A stretch of DNA of 63,934 nucleotides, counting the filler. It is 4 parts of 4 records of this genome, joined end to end, with 100 filler letters (N's around TTAATTAATTAA, not from the genome) between each part and the next. Parts side by side here need not be neighbours in the genome. Positions count along the whole stretch, not along the records: positions 25,849 to 49,024 come from SRR20825006_446; positions 49,125 to 63,934 come from SRR20825006_450; 2 more parts are not named here. One strand, 5' to 3'. A program made the position numbers and the translations under genes. Positions 39,958 through 49,147 of the stretch are shown here, one piece after another (within the stretch, counting starts at the first letter, position 1; the number at the start of each line of letters is the position of its first letter). Under the pieces are notes generated by a model. The model was not told the origin of the DNA, did no database searches, and saw nothing but the letters and a program-made list of their open reading frames with translations.

Positions 39958-40565
39958 GCGTCGTCCTCGTCCGGGCGCAGGAAGTTCACGGCGAATTCGG
40001 TCTGGCTGGAGCGCACGACGCGGCCCCGCAAGTTCCCGGCTGTGACGACTTCACCAATTGGCGGAGGCTGGAACTGGCCATTGGTCTGGAAGCTGGCGCC
40101 CGTGAGGGAGATGTCGACGACCGTACAAGGGATCTGCATGCCATCCTTGCGGCCGATAAAGGCCGGGCCTCCGGTAGGAAAGCGGGCGGCCGCGCGCTGT
40201 TCGGGCGCTTCCATCAAATCCTTGTTGATCAGCCAGCTCAGGCGGTCTGCAAGTTTCTTGCGCTTGTGTGGCACGACGTTGAATTCAACCGCGAACCCAT
40301 CCTTGGAAGTGCGCACGACCGTCCCGGCGACGCGGCCCAGATCGTCGAAATAGCAAATCACATTGGAGCCCGGCACTGGGACCGTAGCAGCCCGCATGAA
40401 GGCACCGGAGCAGGACAGGTTTTCGGTTACAAGTTGATGATCTTCGCTGGTTTCATCGAGGAAGCAGCCTTCCAGCTCGAGATCGACTCGCTTGTATTGG
40501 CGACGATCCTCTTCGGTGTTGATCACCGGTTTGAACTGCGGCACTGACAAGTCTAGTGCTGGCAT
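39954..40565 (-). CDS. Tandem PilZ domain protein
   Basis: RRQYKR...NLSCSG and QRAAAR...DISLTG motifs. Confidence 0.88.
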   Translation of the reverse strand: MPALDLSVPQFKPVINTEEDRRQYKRVDLELEGCFLDETSEDHQLVTENLSCSGAFMRAATVPVPGSNVICYFDDLGRVAGTVVRTSKDGFAVEFNVVPHKRKKLADRLSWLINKDLMEAPEQRAAARFPTGGPAFIGRKDGMQIPCTVVDISLTGASFQTNGQFQPPPIGEVVTAGNLRGRVVRSSQTEFAVNFLRPDEDDA

Positions 40566-40713
40566 GTGGAATCTCCTGAGGCCGTTGGGGCAACCTGCCT
40601 GTACTTCTCCATCTAGACTTTACTTACGCCAGTTTCGTTCACAAACTGTTGCGGGAAACAGATGGAATTGCGGAATTCCTTCACCATAGGGTTTAATGGG
40701 AGGTGCTCCATTC

Positions 40714-42351
40714 ATGGAGACGTATGATTATGTGATTGTTGGTGCAGGTAGTGCAGGCTGCGCTCTTGCCAACAGGTTGAGCGAAGACCCGACGATCAAG
40801 GTCTGTCTGGTTGAGGCTGGTAAGAAAGATAATGCTCTGATGGTAAGAATGCCCGCTGGGGTAGGAAATCTCATCAAAGCGGAGGGCGCTTACAATTGGG
40901 GATTCTGGACCGAACCCCAAAAGCACATGAATGGACGCAAACTCTGGTGGCCACGTGGCAAGGGCTGGGGAGGATCGTCCTCAATCAATGGCATGATCTA
41001 TATTCGTGGACATGCTCGCGACTACGATCAGTGGGCCCAAATGGGGCTGCGCGGCTGGAGTTTCGCAGATGTGCTGCCCTATTTCCGGAAATCAGAGGGC
41101 TATGAAGGCGGCGATTCCGCTTATCATGGGGCGAGTGGGCCCCTCAAAGTTTCCGAGAGTCCGCTATCGTCGCCGATCTACCGGGCCTTTCTGCAAGCCG
41201 GAGAACAGGCCGGATATGCCAGCACGAAAGATTTCAATGGCGCAGAGCAAGAGGGCTTTGGCCGCTATCAAAGGACAATCCACAAGGGTGAGCGCTGGAG
41301 CGCGTCATATGGCTATTTGCGCCCCATAGTTGGTGTCCGGGACAATCTCACCGTGATCTCGACGGGGCTTGTCACTAGGATTCTCATGGAGAAGGGGCGG
41401 GCGACCGGCGTCGAAGTGGTTGAAGGCAAGGGCCGATTGGCTCAGGAAATCCATGCATCAAGCGAAGTCATTGTCTGTGCTGGCGCAGTTCAGTCGCCGC
41501 AATTGCTGCAACTCTCAGGCATTGGCAATCCGGACCATCTGGGCCGCTTTGACATCAAGACGGAGGTGAAATCCCCGAATGTCGGCCAGAACTTGCAAGA
41601 CCATCTGGACCTGACCGTCATCCATGAGATGACCCAGCCGATTTCTGCCTACTCCATGCAGAAGGGGCTCAAGAAGATCGGAGTTGGTTTGCAGTATCTC
41701 ATGAACCAGACAGGCGCAGGCGCCGACAACCATCTTCAGGCGGGAGCATTCCTGAAGTCGCGTGAGGGCCTGGAAATGCCGGATCTTCAGCTTCACTTCG
41801 TCAATGCCATCATGATGGACCACGCCAAGCACCAAGCAAACAAGGACGGCTATACGGTCCACGCTTGCCAGCTGCGCCCGGAAAGCCGCGGTACGGTATG
41901 CCTGGCCTCATCTGATCCGTTCCAGCATCCGGCCATCGACCCGAACTATCTCGAAGCTGAGGAAGATCGCCGCGCAATGCGCGAAGCGGTGAAGATGCTG
42001 CGTGATTTATGCTCGCAGAATGCCTTGCGGCCGTTCACAGGCGCAGAGATGATGCCCGGCGAGAGCGTGAAGACGGATGAGGATATTGATGCCTTCATCC
42101 GGCGGACCGGCGAGACGATCTATCACCCGATTGGCACAGTCGCGATGGGTGCGGGCGACGACGCGCCTGTCGATGGAGAATTACGTGTACGGGGTGTCGA
42201 AGGCTTGCGCGTTGTCGATGCGTCCGTGATTCCAACTTTGATCGGTGGCAACACCAACGCACCGACGATCATGATCGCCGAGAAGGCTGCCGACATGATT
42301 CTAGGTAAGGAGCCTCTCGCGGCGGAAGAGCCAGAGACTGTGGCTGCCTGA
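40714..42351 (+). CDS. GMC oxidoreductase (choline dehydrogenase-like)
   Basis: GAGSAG, RGKGWGGSSSING, NLQDH, YHP, DAS and GNTNAP. Confidence 0.93.
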   Translation: METYDYVIVGAGSAGCALANRLSEDPTIKVCLVEAGKKDNALMVRMPAGVGNLIKAEGAYNWGFWTEPQKHMNGRKLWWPRGKGWGGSSSINGMIYIRGHARDYDQWAQMGLRGWSFADVLPYFRKSEGYEGGDSAYHGASGPLKVSESPLSSPIYRAFLQAGEQAGYASTKDFNGAEQEGFGRYQRTIHKGERWSASYGYLRPIVGVRDNLTVISTGLVTRILMEKGRATGVEVVEGKGRLAQEIHASSEVIVCAGAVQSPQLLQLSGIGNPDHLGRFDIKTEVKSPNVGQNLQDHLDLTVIHEMTQPISAYSMQKGLKKIGVGLQYLMNQTGAGADNHLQAGAFLKSREGLEMPDLQLHFVNAIMMDHAKHQANKDGYTVHACQLRPESRGTVCLASSDPFQHPAIDPNYLEAEEDRRAMREAVKMLRDLCSQNALRPFTGAEMMPGESVKTDEDIDAFIRRTGETIYHPIGTVAMGAGDDAPVDGELRVRGVEGLRVVDASVIPTLIGGNTNAPTIMIAEKAADMILGKEPLAAEEPETVAA

Positions 42352-42363
42352 TCCTCGAAGAGT

Positions 42364-42918
42364 TCAGTGCGCGTTGCTTGCGACCAGTTTCAGGGCTGGT
42401 TCCGAGCGACGCGTATCCGGGGGCACCAGCATAGCCAGCCGGTGGCGCCAGATTGGTCTGCCCTTGAGCATCGGCAGGCCGCCGAGCGTCTGGTAAAGGC
42501 CGAGGAAACGGGTCACATTTCCGTCTACGGAAGACTGAGCCAGCGGCATCAGCGTGATCTCTACTTCAACACGTTGGCCGGTAAGGGTTTCGCCGCTGCC
42601 GCGGATCACGCCCGGAGCGCTGTCCAGCCTTACAGCATCCAGCAAGCCCGAGACCATGGACCGGTCGGGACCTGTCCAAAGCGCGAGAAAGTCATGATTC
42701 GGCAACGTCCGGCCGAGCAGCTGTGATACGCCGTCACCTGCAGTGCGAAAGATCCATGCGCCATCCTGTGTGGACTGGATCATGAAGATATTCGTGATCA
42801 GGTCTGGATGGTCGTTCGCACGCGGTGTGCGGTCTTCTTCTGAGGCTGGATCAACGCTCATGCGCTTCCAAGCTTCAAGCATAATACGTGTGTTCGGGTG
42901 AATAGACCGGTCGTGCAT
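42364..42918 (-). CDS. PAS-like domain protein (DUF1457-like)
   Basis: MHDRSIHPNTR..AW, FRTAG and EITLMPL pattern typical of alphaproteobacterial PAS_5 proteins. Confidence 0.7.
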   Translation of the reverse strand: MHDRSIHPNTRIMLEAWKRMSVDPASEEDRTPRANDHPDLITNIFMIQSTQDGAWIFRTAGDGVSQLLGRTLPNHDFLALWTGPDRSMVSGLLDAVRLDSAPGVIRGSGETLTGQRVEVEITLMPLAQSSVDGNVTRFLGLYQTLGGLPMLKGRPIWRHRLAMLVPPDTRRSEPALKLVASNAH

Positions 42919-43370
42919 GAGGGGCGTTCGCTCCGTAAAAGATATCAAAGCCCGCTGGGCCTGCTTCGGAGACCAGTTCCGCAATATCTGTTCCAGTTCC
43001 GCTTTCCCCCCGCGGGGGAAATTTCGGGTGCGCCGTGATCAGGTTTTCCCCATTGAGGAGGTTTTGCCGGCTCCAAGGCAGCAATTTTCAGGAAGCGTCA
43101 TTTGGGGCACGGTGCGCGAGTCTCATCTCGGTACACAGATTGGACGAACTCGAATCACGCAGGCGCGCCCTCGGAGAACTCTCGCGCCGCGATCGGCTGT
43201 GAACTCGCTATCTGCTATCCAGAAAGCAGAGCATATGCGGTTTCTTAACCATTACTCATGGTCATGACTTGTCATGAATGGTCATCTGACTAGACAATTA
43301 AGTATGGCATCCGTTGCCGTTGAATTCCTCCCACCTACAAAAATCGAAACTTGCTCAAAGGGACCCACAC

Positions 43371-45911
43371 GTGAAATCCAGAAAATTTAGTGTTCTTGAA
43401 ATGGCTCATTTCAAGTCGGCGCTCTATGTCAGCGCTGGCATTGCTGCATTCGCAACCCTCTCCACGCCTGCCCACGCGCAGGACACCGACCAAGATGAAA
43501 GCCGCACGCTCCAGACGGTGACAATTACGGCTACCAAGCGCGAGCAGACACTCCAGGACGTGCCAGTCGCAGTGTCGGTCGTGGATGAGAGCGTCATCGA
43601 AAAGGCAGAGATTGTGGATCTGGGAGACCTGCAATCTGTCGTGCCATCGCTGCGCGTGAGCCAGCAGCAGTCTTCGTCCAACACGAACTTCATCATTCGG
43701 GGCTTCGGCAACGGCGCCAACAATGCCGGCATTGAGCCGTCGGTTGGTGTGTTTGTGGATGGTGTCTATCGTTCTCGGTCGACCTCGCAGATTTCTGACC
43801 TGCCAAACCTTCAGCGCGTCGAGGTCCTGCGCGGACCTCAATCGACTCTGTTCGGCAAGAACGCATCGGCGGGTGTGATCTCGATCGTGACCCAGAAGCC
43901 GCAATTTGAGTGGGGCGGCAATGTTGAGGGCACTGTCAGCAACTATAATGGTTACCGTGCTGGCGCATTTGTCACTGGCCCGATTTCTGACACGCTGGCC
44001 TTCAGCCTGGGCGGAAACTTCAATACGCGCGATGGCTATGTCGAAGACCTTGGCGACGGCCCGGATACCAATGAGCGCAATCGCTGGGGCCTGCGCGGCG
44101 ATCTGCTTTGGGAGCCGAATGATGACATGTCGTTCCGCCTGATCGCGGACTATGACGAGATCGACGAAATCTGCTGTGCAGCCGCGAACGTCATCAATGG
44201 TCCAACCGGTGCGGCCATCCTGGCGCTGGGCGGAAACCTGGTTGCAGAGGATCCGTTCTCTTATGATGTGGCCTACAATTTCGGGTCCGAGAACCTTATC
44301 AAGAATGGCGGCCTGTCGCTGCAGGGGGATTTCGACCTCGGCGCCTTCACGCTGACCAGCATCACTTCCTACCGGACATCCGATCTCAGCACGAACCAGG
44401 ACTCCGACTTCACGAGTGCCGACCTGCTCGGCCGAAAGTCCGATGATGTCGAAATCGAAACCTTCACTCAGGAAGTGCGTCTGACCTCCAATGGCAGTGG
44501 TCCGCTGAGCTGGATGGTGGGTGGCTTCTACTTCGATGAAACCGTCGATATCGAGAACCAACTGCTCTACGGTCAGGATATTCGGGGCTATATCGACATC
44601 CTGTCATCCGGCCTCCTGACATCACTGGAGCCGGTTGTCTTTGGTGTCGCGCCCGGCACGTTCTTCCAGCCCGGACAAGGATTCACTGAATTCTATGGTC
44701 AGGATGACACGTCCGCATCATTGTTCGGTACAATTGACTATGAAGTCACTGATCGACTGACGGCGACCTTTGGCCTGAACTATACCCAGGTGAACAAGGA
44801 CGCCTTTGCGAATGCTGTCTCGACTGACACATTTGCGGCCGTGGACCTCAATACCGCCGCGCCGTTCATCACTCAGGCCACGGCTGGTGGCTTGTTGTTG
44901 CAGGCGGGCGTGAATCCGACCGATCCTGCGGCGGTCGGCGCATTCGCTGCGGCTTATCCGACGGAGTTTGCGACCATTCAGGCAACAGCAGCCGGCGCAC
45001 CCGGCGCGTTGCAACAGTTGCAGTTCCTGCCGCCATTCCTGAACTTCCCGAATGCTGTAGAAACCGGTTCAACGGATGATGAGGACACGTCCGTCACTTT
45101 CCGTCTGGCTTATGACCTGACCGATTCGATCAATGTCTATGGTTCCTACGCGACGGGCTTCAAGGCATCTTCCTGGAACCTGTCCCGTGACAGTCGGCCA
45201 ACATCTGCGGATTACGCGCTGCTCGCCCAAGGTGGTTTGCTTGTGCCGAACCTGACCACAGGTACGCGCTTTGCCGGGCCGGAAGAATCGAAAGTCTACG
45301 AGTTGGGCGTCAAAGGCGCTTATTCTGACTTTGCGTTCAATGTGGCGATCTTTGACCAGACCATTGAGGGATTCCAGTCGAACATCTTCACGGGCACCGG
45401 CTTTGCGCTGGCGAATGCGGGCGAACAATCCACGCAAGGTCTTGAGCTTGATGCGCAATGGAATGCGACCGACAATTTGTTGCTCAGCTTTGCCGGTACG
45501 TTCCTTGATCCCGTCTATGACAGCTTCGAGGAGTCGGCGAGCGGCGACATTTCCGGCCAGAAGCCATATGGCATTCCGGATGTTTCGACCTCTACCTCGG
45601 CGACCTACACATTTGATGTGAAGACCTATGACGCCTTCGTGCGGGCAGACTGGCAATATGAAAGCCCGTCTGACTATTTCGACGAACCGGCCAACCAGGC
45701 CCTGATCGGCGACGAGAAAGAAGTCAGTACGTTCAACGCGTCGGCAGGTCTGACGACCGAGTCCGGGTTGAGCTTTACGCTCTGGGGACGGAATATCTTT
45801 GATGACGAGTACATCACCGTTGCCTTTCCGGCCGTTGCGCAGGCGGGGTCTATCTCTGGCTATCCAATCCAGCCAGCGACATATGGCCTGACGGTTCGCA
45901 AATCCTTCTAG
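43371..45911 (+). CDS. TonB-dependent receptor
   Basis: TVTITATKREQTLQDVPVAVS, EVLRGPQSTLFGKNA and terminal Phe. The start could be GTG 43371 or ATG 43401. Confidence 0.95.
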   Translation: MKSRKFSVLEMAHFKSALYVSAGIAAFATLSTPAHAQDTDQDESRTLQTVTITATKREQTLQDVPVAVSVVDESVIEKAEIVDLGDLQSVVPSLRVSQQQSSSNTNFIIRGFGNGANNAGIEPSVGVFVDGVYRSRSTSQISDLPNLQRVEVLRGPQSTLFGKNASAGVISIVTQKPQFEWGGNVEGTVSNYNGYRAGAFVTGPISDTLAFSLGGNFNTRDGYVEDLGDGPDTNERNRWGLRGDLLWEPNDDMSFRLIADYDEIDEICCAAANVINGPTGAAILALGGNLVAEDPFSYDVAYNFGSENLIKNGGLSLQGDFDLGAFTLTSITSYRTSDLSTNQDSDFTSADLLGRKSDDVEIETFTQEVRLTSNGSGPLSWMVGGFYFDETVDIENQLLYGQDIRGYIDILSSGLLTSLEPVVFGVAPGTFFQPGQGFTEFYGQDDTSASLFGTIDYEVTDRLTATFGLNYTQVNKDAFANAVSTDTFAAVDLNTAAPFITQATAGGLLLQAGVNPTDPAAVGAFAAAYPTEFATIQATAAGAPGALQQLQFLPPFLNFPNAVETGSTDDEDTSVTFRLAYDLTDSINVYGSYATGFKASSWNLSRDSRPTSADYALLAQGGLLVPNLTTGTRFAGPEESKVYELGVKGAYSDFAFNVAIFDQTIEGFQSNIFTGTGFALANAGEQSTQGLELDAQWNATDNLLLSFAGTFLDPVYDSFEESASGDISGQKPYGIPDVSTSTSATYTFDVKTYDAFVRADWQYESPSDYFDEPANQALIGDEKEVSTFNASAGLTTESGLSFTLWGRNIFDDEYITVAFPAVAQAGSISGYPIQPATYGLTVRKSF

Positions 45912-45934
45912 GGCGTTAGCCTCGAATCAACAGG

Positions 45935-45963
45935 AAGCCCCGTCGCTTGCGGCGGGGCTTTTT
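45935..45963 (+). terminator. Intrinsic terminator
   Basis: AAGCCCCGTCGC-TT-GCGGCGGGGCTTTTT. Confidence 0.8.
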
Positions 45964-45982
45964 CCATGCGGCGCTGGTCAGT

Positions 45983-46363
45983 TCAATCCGGCCGGTAAGC
46001 GACCAATGAGACGACGGCAACGACGAGGCATGCGACTTCAAAGCCTGCAAACATGAGGAAATCCGTCGTTGGGGCATCACCCGCAATCAGGCCGACAATG
46101 CGCGCGAAGACATATCCACCCATGTAAGTCGTGATAAACCACAGGGCAGGGCGGACCATGCGCGGGCGAAAAACGCCTGCAATTGCCAGTAGACCTGCGC
46201 CAAGGCTGACGCCGCCATAGATCCCGCGCGTTTCATACACCCCATTCGGGCCGCCTGTGATCACGCCCATTGATGAGCTCATGGCCACCGGGTCGAGCAA
46301 GGACCAGATTCCGAACACAAGGAACGCCAGGGCAATAATGCCGAGAAAGATACGTATGAACAT
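45983..46363 (-). CDS. DUF4345-like membrane protein
   Basis: Four TM segments with ETRGIYGG and FARIVG motifs. Confidence 0.75.
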   Translation of the reverse strand: MFIRIFLGIIALAFLVFGIWSLLDPVAMSSSMGVITGGPNGVYETRGIYGGVSLGAGLLAIAGVFRPRMVRPALWFITTYMGGYVFARIVGLIAGDAPTTDFLMFAGFEVACLVVAVVSLVAYRPD

Positions 46364-46541
46364 GCCCGAGGAACTAGATCGGAAGTTGCAGGTGTAAAGG
46401 GGCGGTGGCGCGCTGGGCTAGCCGTCGGGCCTATGTGGGCTCTGTAGAGCATCAGGGCGACGATGATCATTCCGCGAATCGGGGTGACATCCTGTTTCAA
46501 AGGCCCATCTATCAGTGAGCGAGTGTTTCAGGAGACCGTCC

Positions 46542-47252
46542 ATGCGCCAATCACGGCGAGCGCCCCCCATTATCAATGCGCCTCCCTTTGTAACCGCATT
46601 GGCGCTCGCCATTGTTGCAATGCACGGACTGAGACTCATCACGGGCTCCGCGCTGGACCCGCTTTTCGTGGATGTAGGCGCAGTCTTCCCGGATCGCTTC
46701 TGGGGCTGGATAGGCGGTTCTCCCATTGCTGGAGGCTATGCTCCGTATGGAAATGCGCTGGATGCGCTGATTCCCCTTGCGGGAACGGCGCTGGTTCACG
46801 GCAGCTGGTCCCATGTCCTCATGAATACAGTAATGCTGATTGCGGTCGGCAAGCCGGTCTATGCTGTGATCGAGCGAATCGCGCGATCTCGCCTCAGCAT
46901 CAATCTGGCCTTTCTCGGCCTGTTTGTGGTGAGCGTCGTGGGTGGCTCCGTTGCCCATCTCCTGGCTCACTATCCGGATGGGCCACCGGCCATCGGGGCC
47001 TCAGGTGGCGTCTCCGGCCTGATTGCCGGGGCTCTGATGATCCAGAATGGGCTTCCCGTCAGGCTTCTGGACCGAAAATTCCTGACGACGAGCGCGGTCT
47101 TTTTTGTCGGCAACCTGATTCTCGCCTTCCTGGGGCCTTCGCTGTTCGGCTCGGCAATCGCCTGGCAGGCCCATATTGGTGGATACATCGCCGGGGCCCT
47201 GTTGTTCCGGTACCTCGCACGCAATCTCGGCCGGGCACAATTTCACGCCTGA
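46542..47252 (+). CDS. Rhomboid intramembrane serine protease
   Basis: HGSWSHVLMN, IGASGG and AWQAHIGG. Confidence 0.92.
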   Translation: MRQSRRAPPIINAPPFVTALALAIVAMHGLRLITGSALDPLFVDVGAVFPDRFWGWIGGSPIAGGYAPYGNALDALIPLAGTALVHGSWSHVLMNTVMLIAVGKPVYAVIERIARSRLSINLAFLGLFVVSVVGGSVAHLLAHYPDGPPAIGASGGVSGLIAGALMIQNGLPVRLLDRKFLTTSAVFFVGNLILAFLGPSLFGSAIAWQAHIGGYIAGALLFRYLARNLGRAQFHA

Positions 47253-47333
47253 TCGCGTCATGATTGGAATTATGATAGGCTTTCTGAAAATCAGGCACTC
47301 AAAAAAGGGGCCGTATGCACAGGGAGGCAATGG

Positions 47334-47768
47334 ATGACCATCGACCAAATTCTGAAAGACAAGGGATTCGCCATCATTTCGGTGAAGGCCGGCGAAACAT
47401 TGGCGGCCGCAGCCCGCACGCTGGATGGTAAGCGAATCGGCGCGGTGGTCGCGTTGGACGATGATGGCACCATCATCGGCGTATTGTCTGAGCGGGATAT
47501 TGTGCGCCATGTGGCGCGTCAGGGTGCCATGGCGCTGGAATTGAACGTTGGCGACGCGATGACACGCGACGTGATCAAGGTCGAATCGACCACCAAGATA
47601 GATGACGCGTTGCAGCTTATGACCGACAGGAGGATTCGTCATTTGCCCGTCATGACAGACGGACGCCTCGTCGGGGTGATCTCGATCGGGGATCTGGTGA
47701 AGTGGAAGATCGCTGAAACGGAAGCTGAAGCAGAAGCGATGAAATCGTACCTGTCCGCTCAGTATTAG
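47334..47768 (+). CDS. CBS domain-containing protein
   Basis: GVLSERDIV, RIRHLPV and SIGDLVK. Confidence 0.93.
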   Translation: MTIDQILKDKGFAIISVKAGETLAAAARTLDGKRIGAVVALDDDGTIIGVLSERDIVRHVARQGAMALELNVGDAMTRDVIKVESTTKIDDALQLMTDRRIRHLPVMTDGRLVGVISIGDLVKWKIAETEAEAEAMKSYLSAQY

Positions 47769-47874
47769 GGGGCAGCCCCCGTATTCATTGGGCTTTTGGG
47801 ATTGGCCGGCAGGAAGCCGCGACAAGCTTCCGTCTTTTTCCTGCAGTTTTGTGATGAATTCCTGCATTAGGGGG

Positions 47875-47903
47875 TTGCCGCATCCGGGGGGCGGGGGTAC
47901 ATC
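47875..47903 (+). promoter_or_regulatory. rrn promoter copy 1
   Basis: TTGCCG-N17-TACATC followed by a GC-rich discriminator. Confidence 0.6.
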
Positions 47904-48131
47904 GCCACCTCCGCTGACGAGGCCTTCGGGTTTCAGACGCGGGGCCCGGTAACGGCGCACCTGATTGGTTCGGAAGTTTTCTAATCTTCCCCAGACAGAG
48001 CTCGATATCGGTTCCCTGAAAATCGCTCGGATCTGCGAGCCGGACATGTTCGGCCAACGGGATCTTTTGCGCTGTAAACATAGCAGGATGGATGGTTGAA
48101 CATTCTACTGCACACAGCGCAGAAAAGGGTG

Positions 48132-48160
48132 TTGACGGGAAGAACGGCGGTCCATATAAG
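48132..48160 (+). promoter_or_regulatory. rrn promoter copy 2
   Basis: TTGACG-N17-TATAAG-CCGCC. Confidence 0.85.
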
Positions 48161-48383
48161 CCGCCACTCGCTGACGAGTTCTACGGATCTCTGGGGCGGC
48201 CCGGCACCGGGTTCTCTGAATGGCTTGGAAGTTTCTATTCTTCCCCAATCAGAGCGTCGATGTCGGTTCCTCGAAACGCTCGAATTTGCGGGCCGGATGA
48301 TTTCGGCAGGCTGGTTCATTTGCGCCAAAATTGAAGCGGAAACGGTGCCTGGCACCTAACTGCAGAAGAGGCGGAAAAGAGTG

Positions 48384-48412
48384 TTGACGGGAAGAAGGGC
48401 GGTCCATATAAG
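48384..48412 (+). promoter_or_regulatory. rrn promoter copy 3
   Basis: TTGACG-N17-TATAAG-CCGCC. Confidence 0.85.
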
Positions 48413-48642
48413 CCGCCCCTTCCGCAGACGACGCCCTCGGGCATCTGAAGCGGGCCCGCTGAAAAGCTCACCTGATTGGTGAAAAAGTTCTTGAACTTTT
48501 CGTCGAACAGGGGCTATATATGCGGTTCCTCGAAACGCTCGAATTTGCGAGCCGGATCTTTTCGGCAAGTGGTTCTTTTGCGCTTAAATTGATGCGGGAA
48601 CGGTGGTTAAACACTCAACTGCAGAAGGCGCGAAAAAGAGTG

Positions 48643-48671
48643 TTGACGGGCTAAGCGGCGGCCCATATAAG
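48643..48671 (+). promoter_or_regulatory. rrn promoter copy 4 (proximal)
   Basis: TTGACG-N17-TATAAG-CCGCC. Confidence 0.88.
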
Positions 48672-48730
48672 CCGCCTCTTCCGGACGGGCCCACGGGCTT
48701 CTGATGGAGACCTTCGGAGCTTCGGTTCCA

Positions 48731-48745
48731 GCTGTTTGACATCGT
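48731..48745 (+). promoter_or_regulatory. boxA-like antitermination element of the rrn leader
   Basis: GCTGTTTGACATCGT, about 60 nt downstream of the proximal promoter. Confidence 0.7.
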
Positions 48746-48976
48746 AAGAGATTAGGAAGAGAAACGCAGGCGGCGTGATGGCTTGCGGACACGGGCTTCG
48801 GCCACGGTCCAAACGATCGCGACGGATGCGTTTCTTAAGAGAAAATTCTTTTTCCATCGGTTGGGTTTCGGCCCGGCCTTTGTGACTAAGGGTTTCTCGT
48901 CAAAGAACGCAATACTTGATGCTTAACAGCTAAAGTAGCCGTCCATATTCCAATGGATGGTATCGTCAGATCAACT

Positions 48977-49024
48977 CAACTTGAGAGTTTGATTCTGGCT
49001 CAGAACGAACGCTGGCGGCAGGCT
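48977..49024 (+). rRNA. rrs: 16S rRNA, 5' end (cut by contig end)
   Basis: CAACTTGAGAGTTTGATTCTGGCTCAGAACGAACGCTGGCGGCAGGC, an alphaproteobacterial-type 5' end. Confidence 0.97.
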
Positions 49025-49124
49025 NNNNNNNNNNNNNNNNNNNNNNNNNNNNNNNNNNNNNNNNNNNNTTAATTAATTAANNNNNNNNNNNNNNNNNNNN
49101 NNNNNNNNNNNNNNNNNNNNNNNN
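49025..49124. other. Artificial contig-joining spacer
   Basis: N44-TTAATTAATTAA-N44. Confidence 0.98.
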
Positions 49125-49147
49125 TGGGTTGAGGCTCTCGAAACCCA
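49125..49147. repeat. REP-like palindromic element at contig end
   Basis: TGGGTTGAGGCTCTCGAAACCCA hairpin resembling the TGAG..TCGAA short dispersed repeats of Bacteroidota. Confidence 0.4.

Larger units (their letters stand above)
47875..48720 (+). repeat. Tandem degenerate ~255-bp repeats (3 full plus 1 partial) upstream of the rRNA operon
   Basis: Units start at 47875, 48132, 48384 and 48643. Shared blocks include CGGTTCC(TC/CT)GAAA, GCTCG(A/G)AT(T/C)TGCG(A/G)GCCGGA, TTTGCGC, ACTGCA and GAAAAG(A/G)GTGTTGACGGG. Confidence 0.9.

Noticed and set aside
47875-48720. Repeat array as a CRISPR array
   Set aside because: The period is ~255 bp with homology across the whole unit, there are no unique spacers and no cas genes.
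47785-48857. Short ORFs in the rrn upstream region (e.g. 47981-48355, 48092-48334, 48356-48568) that resemble each other
   Set aside because: The similarity comes from the nucleotide repeat. Frames are not conserved between units and the conserved features are promoter boxes and stems.
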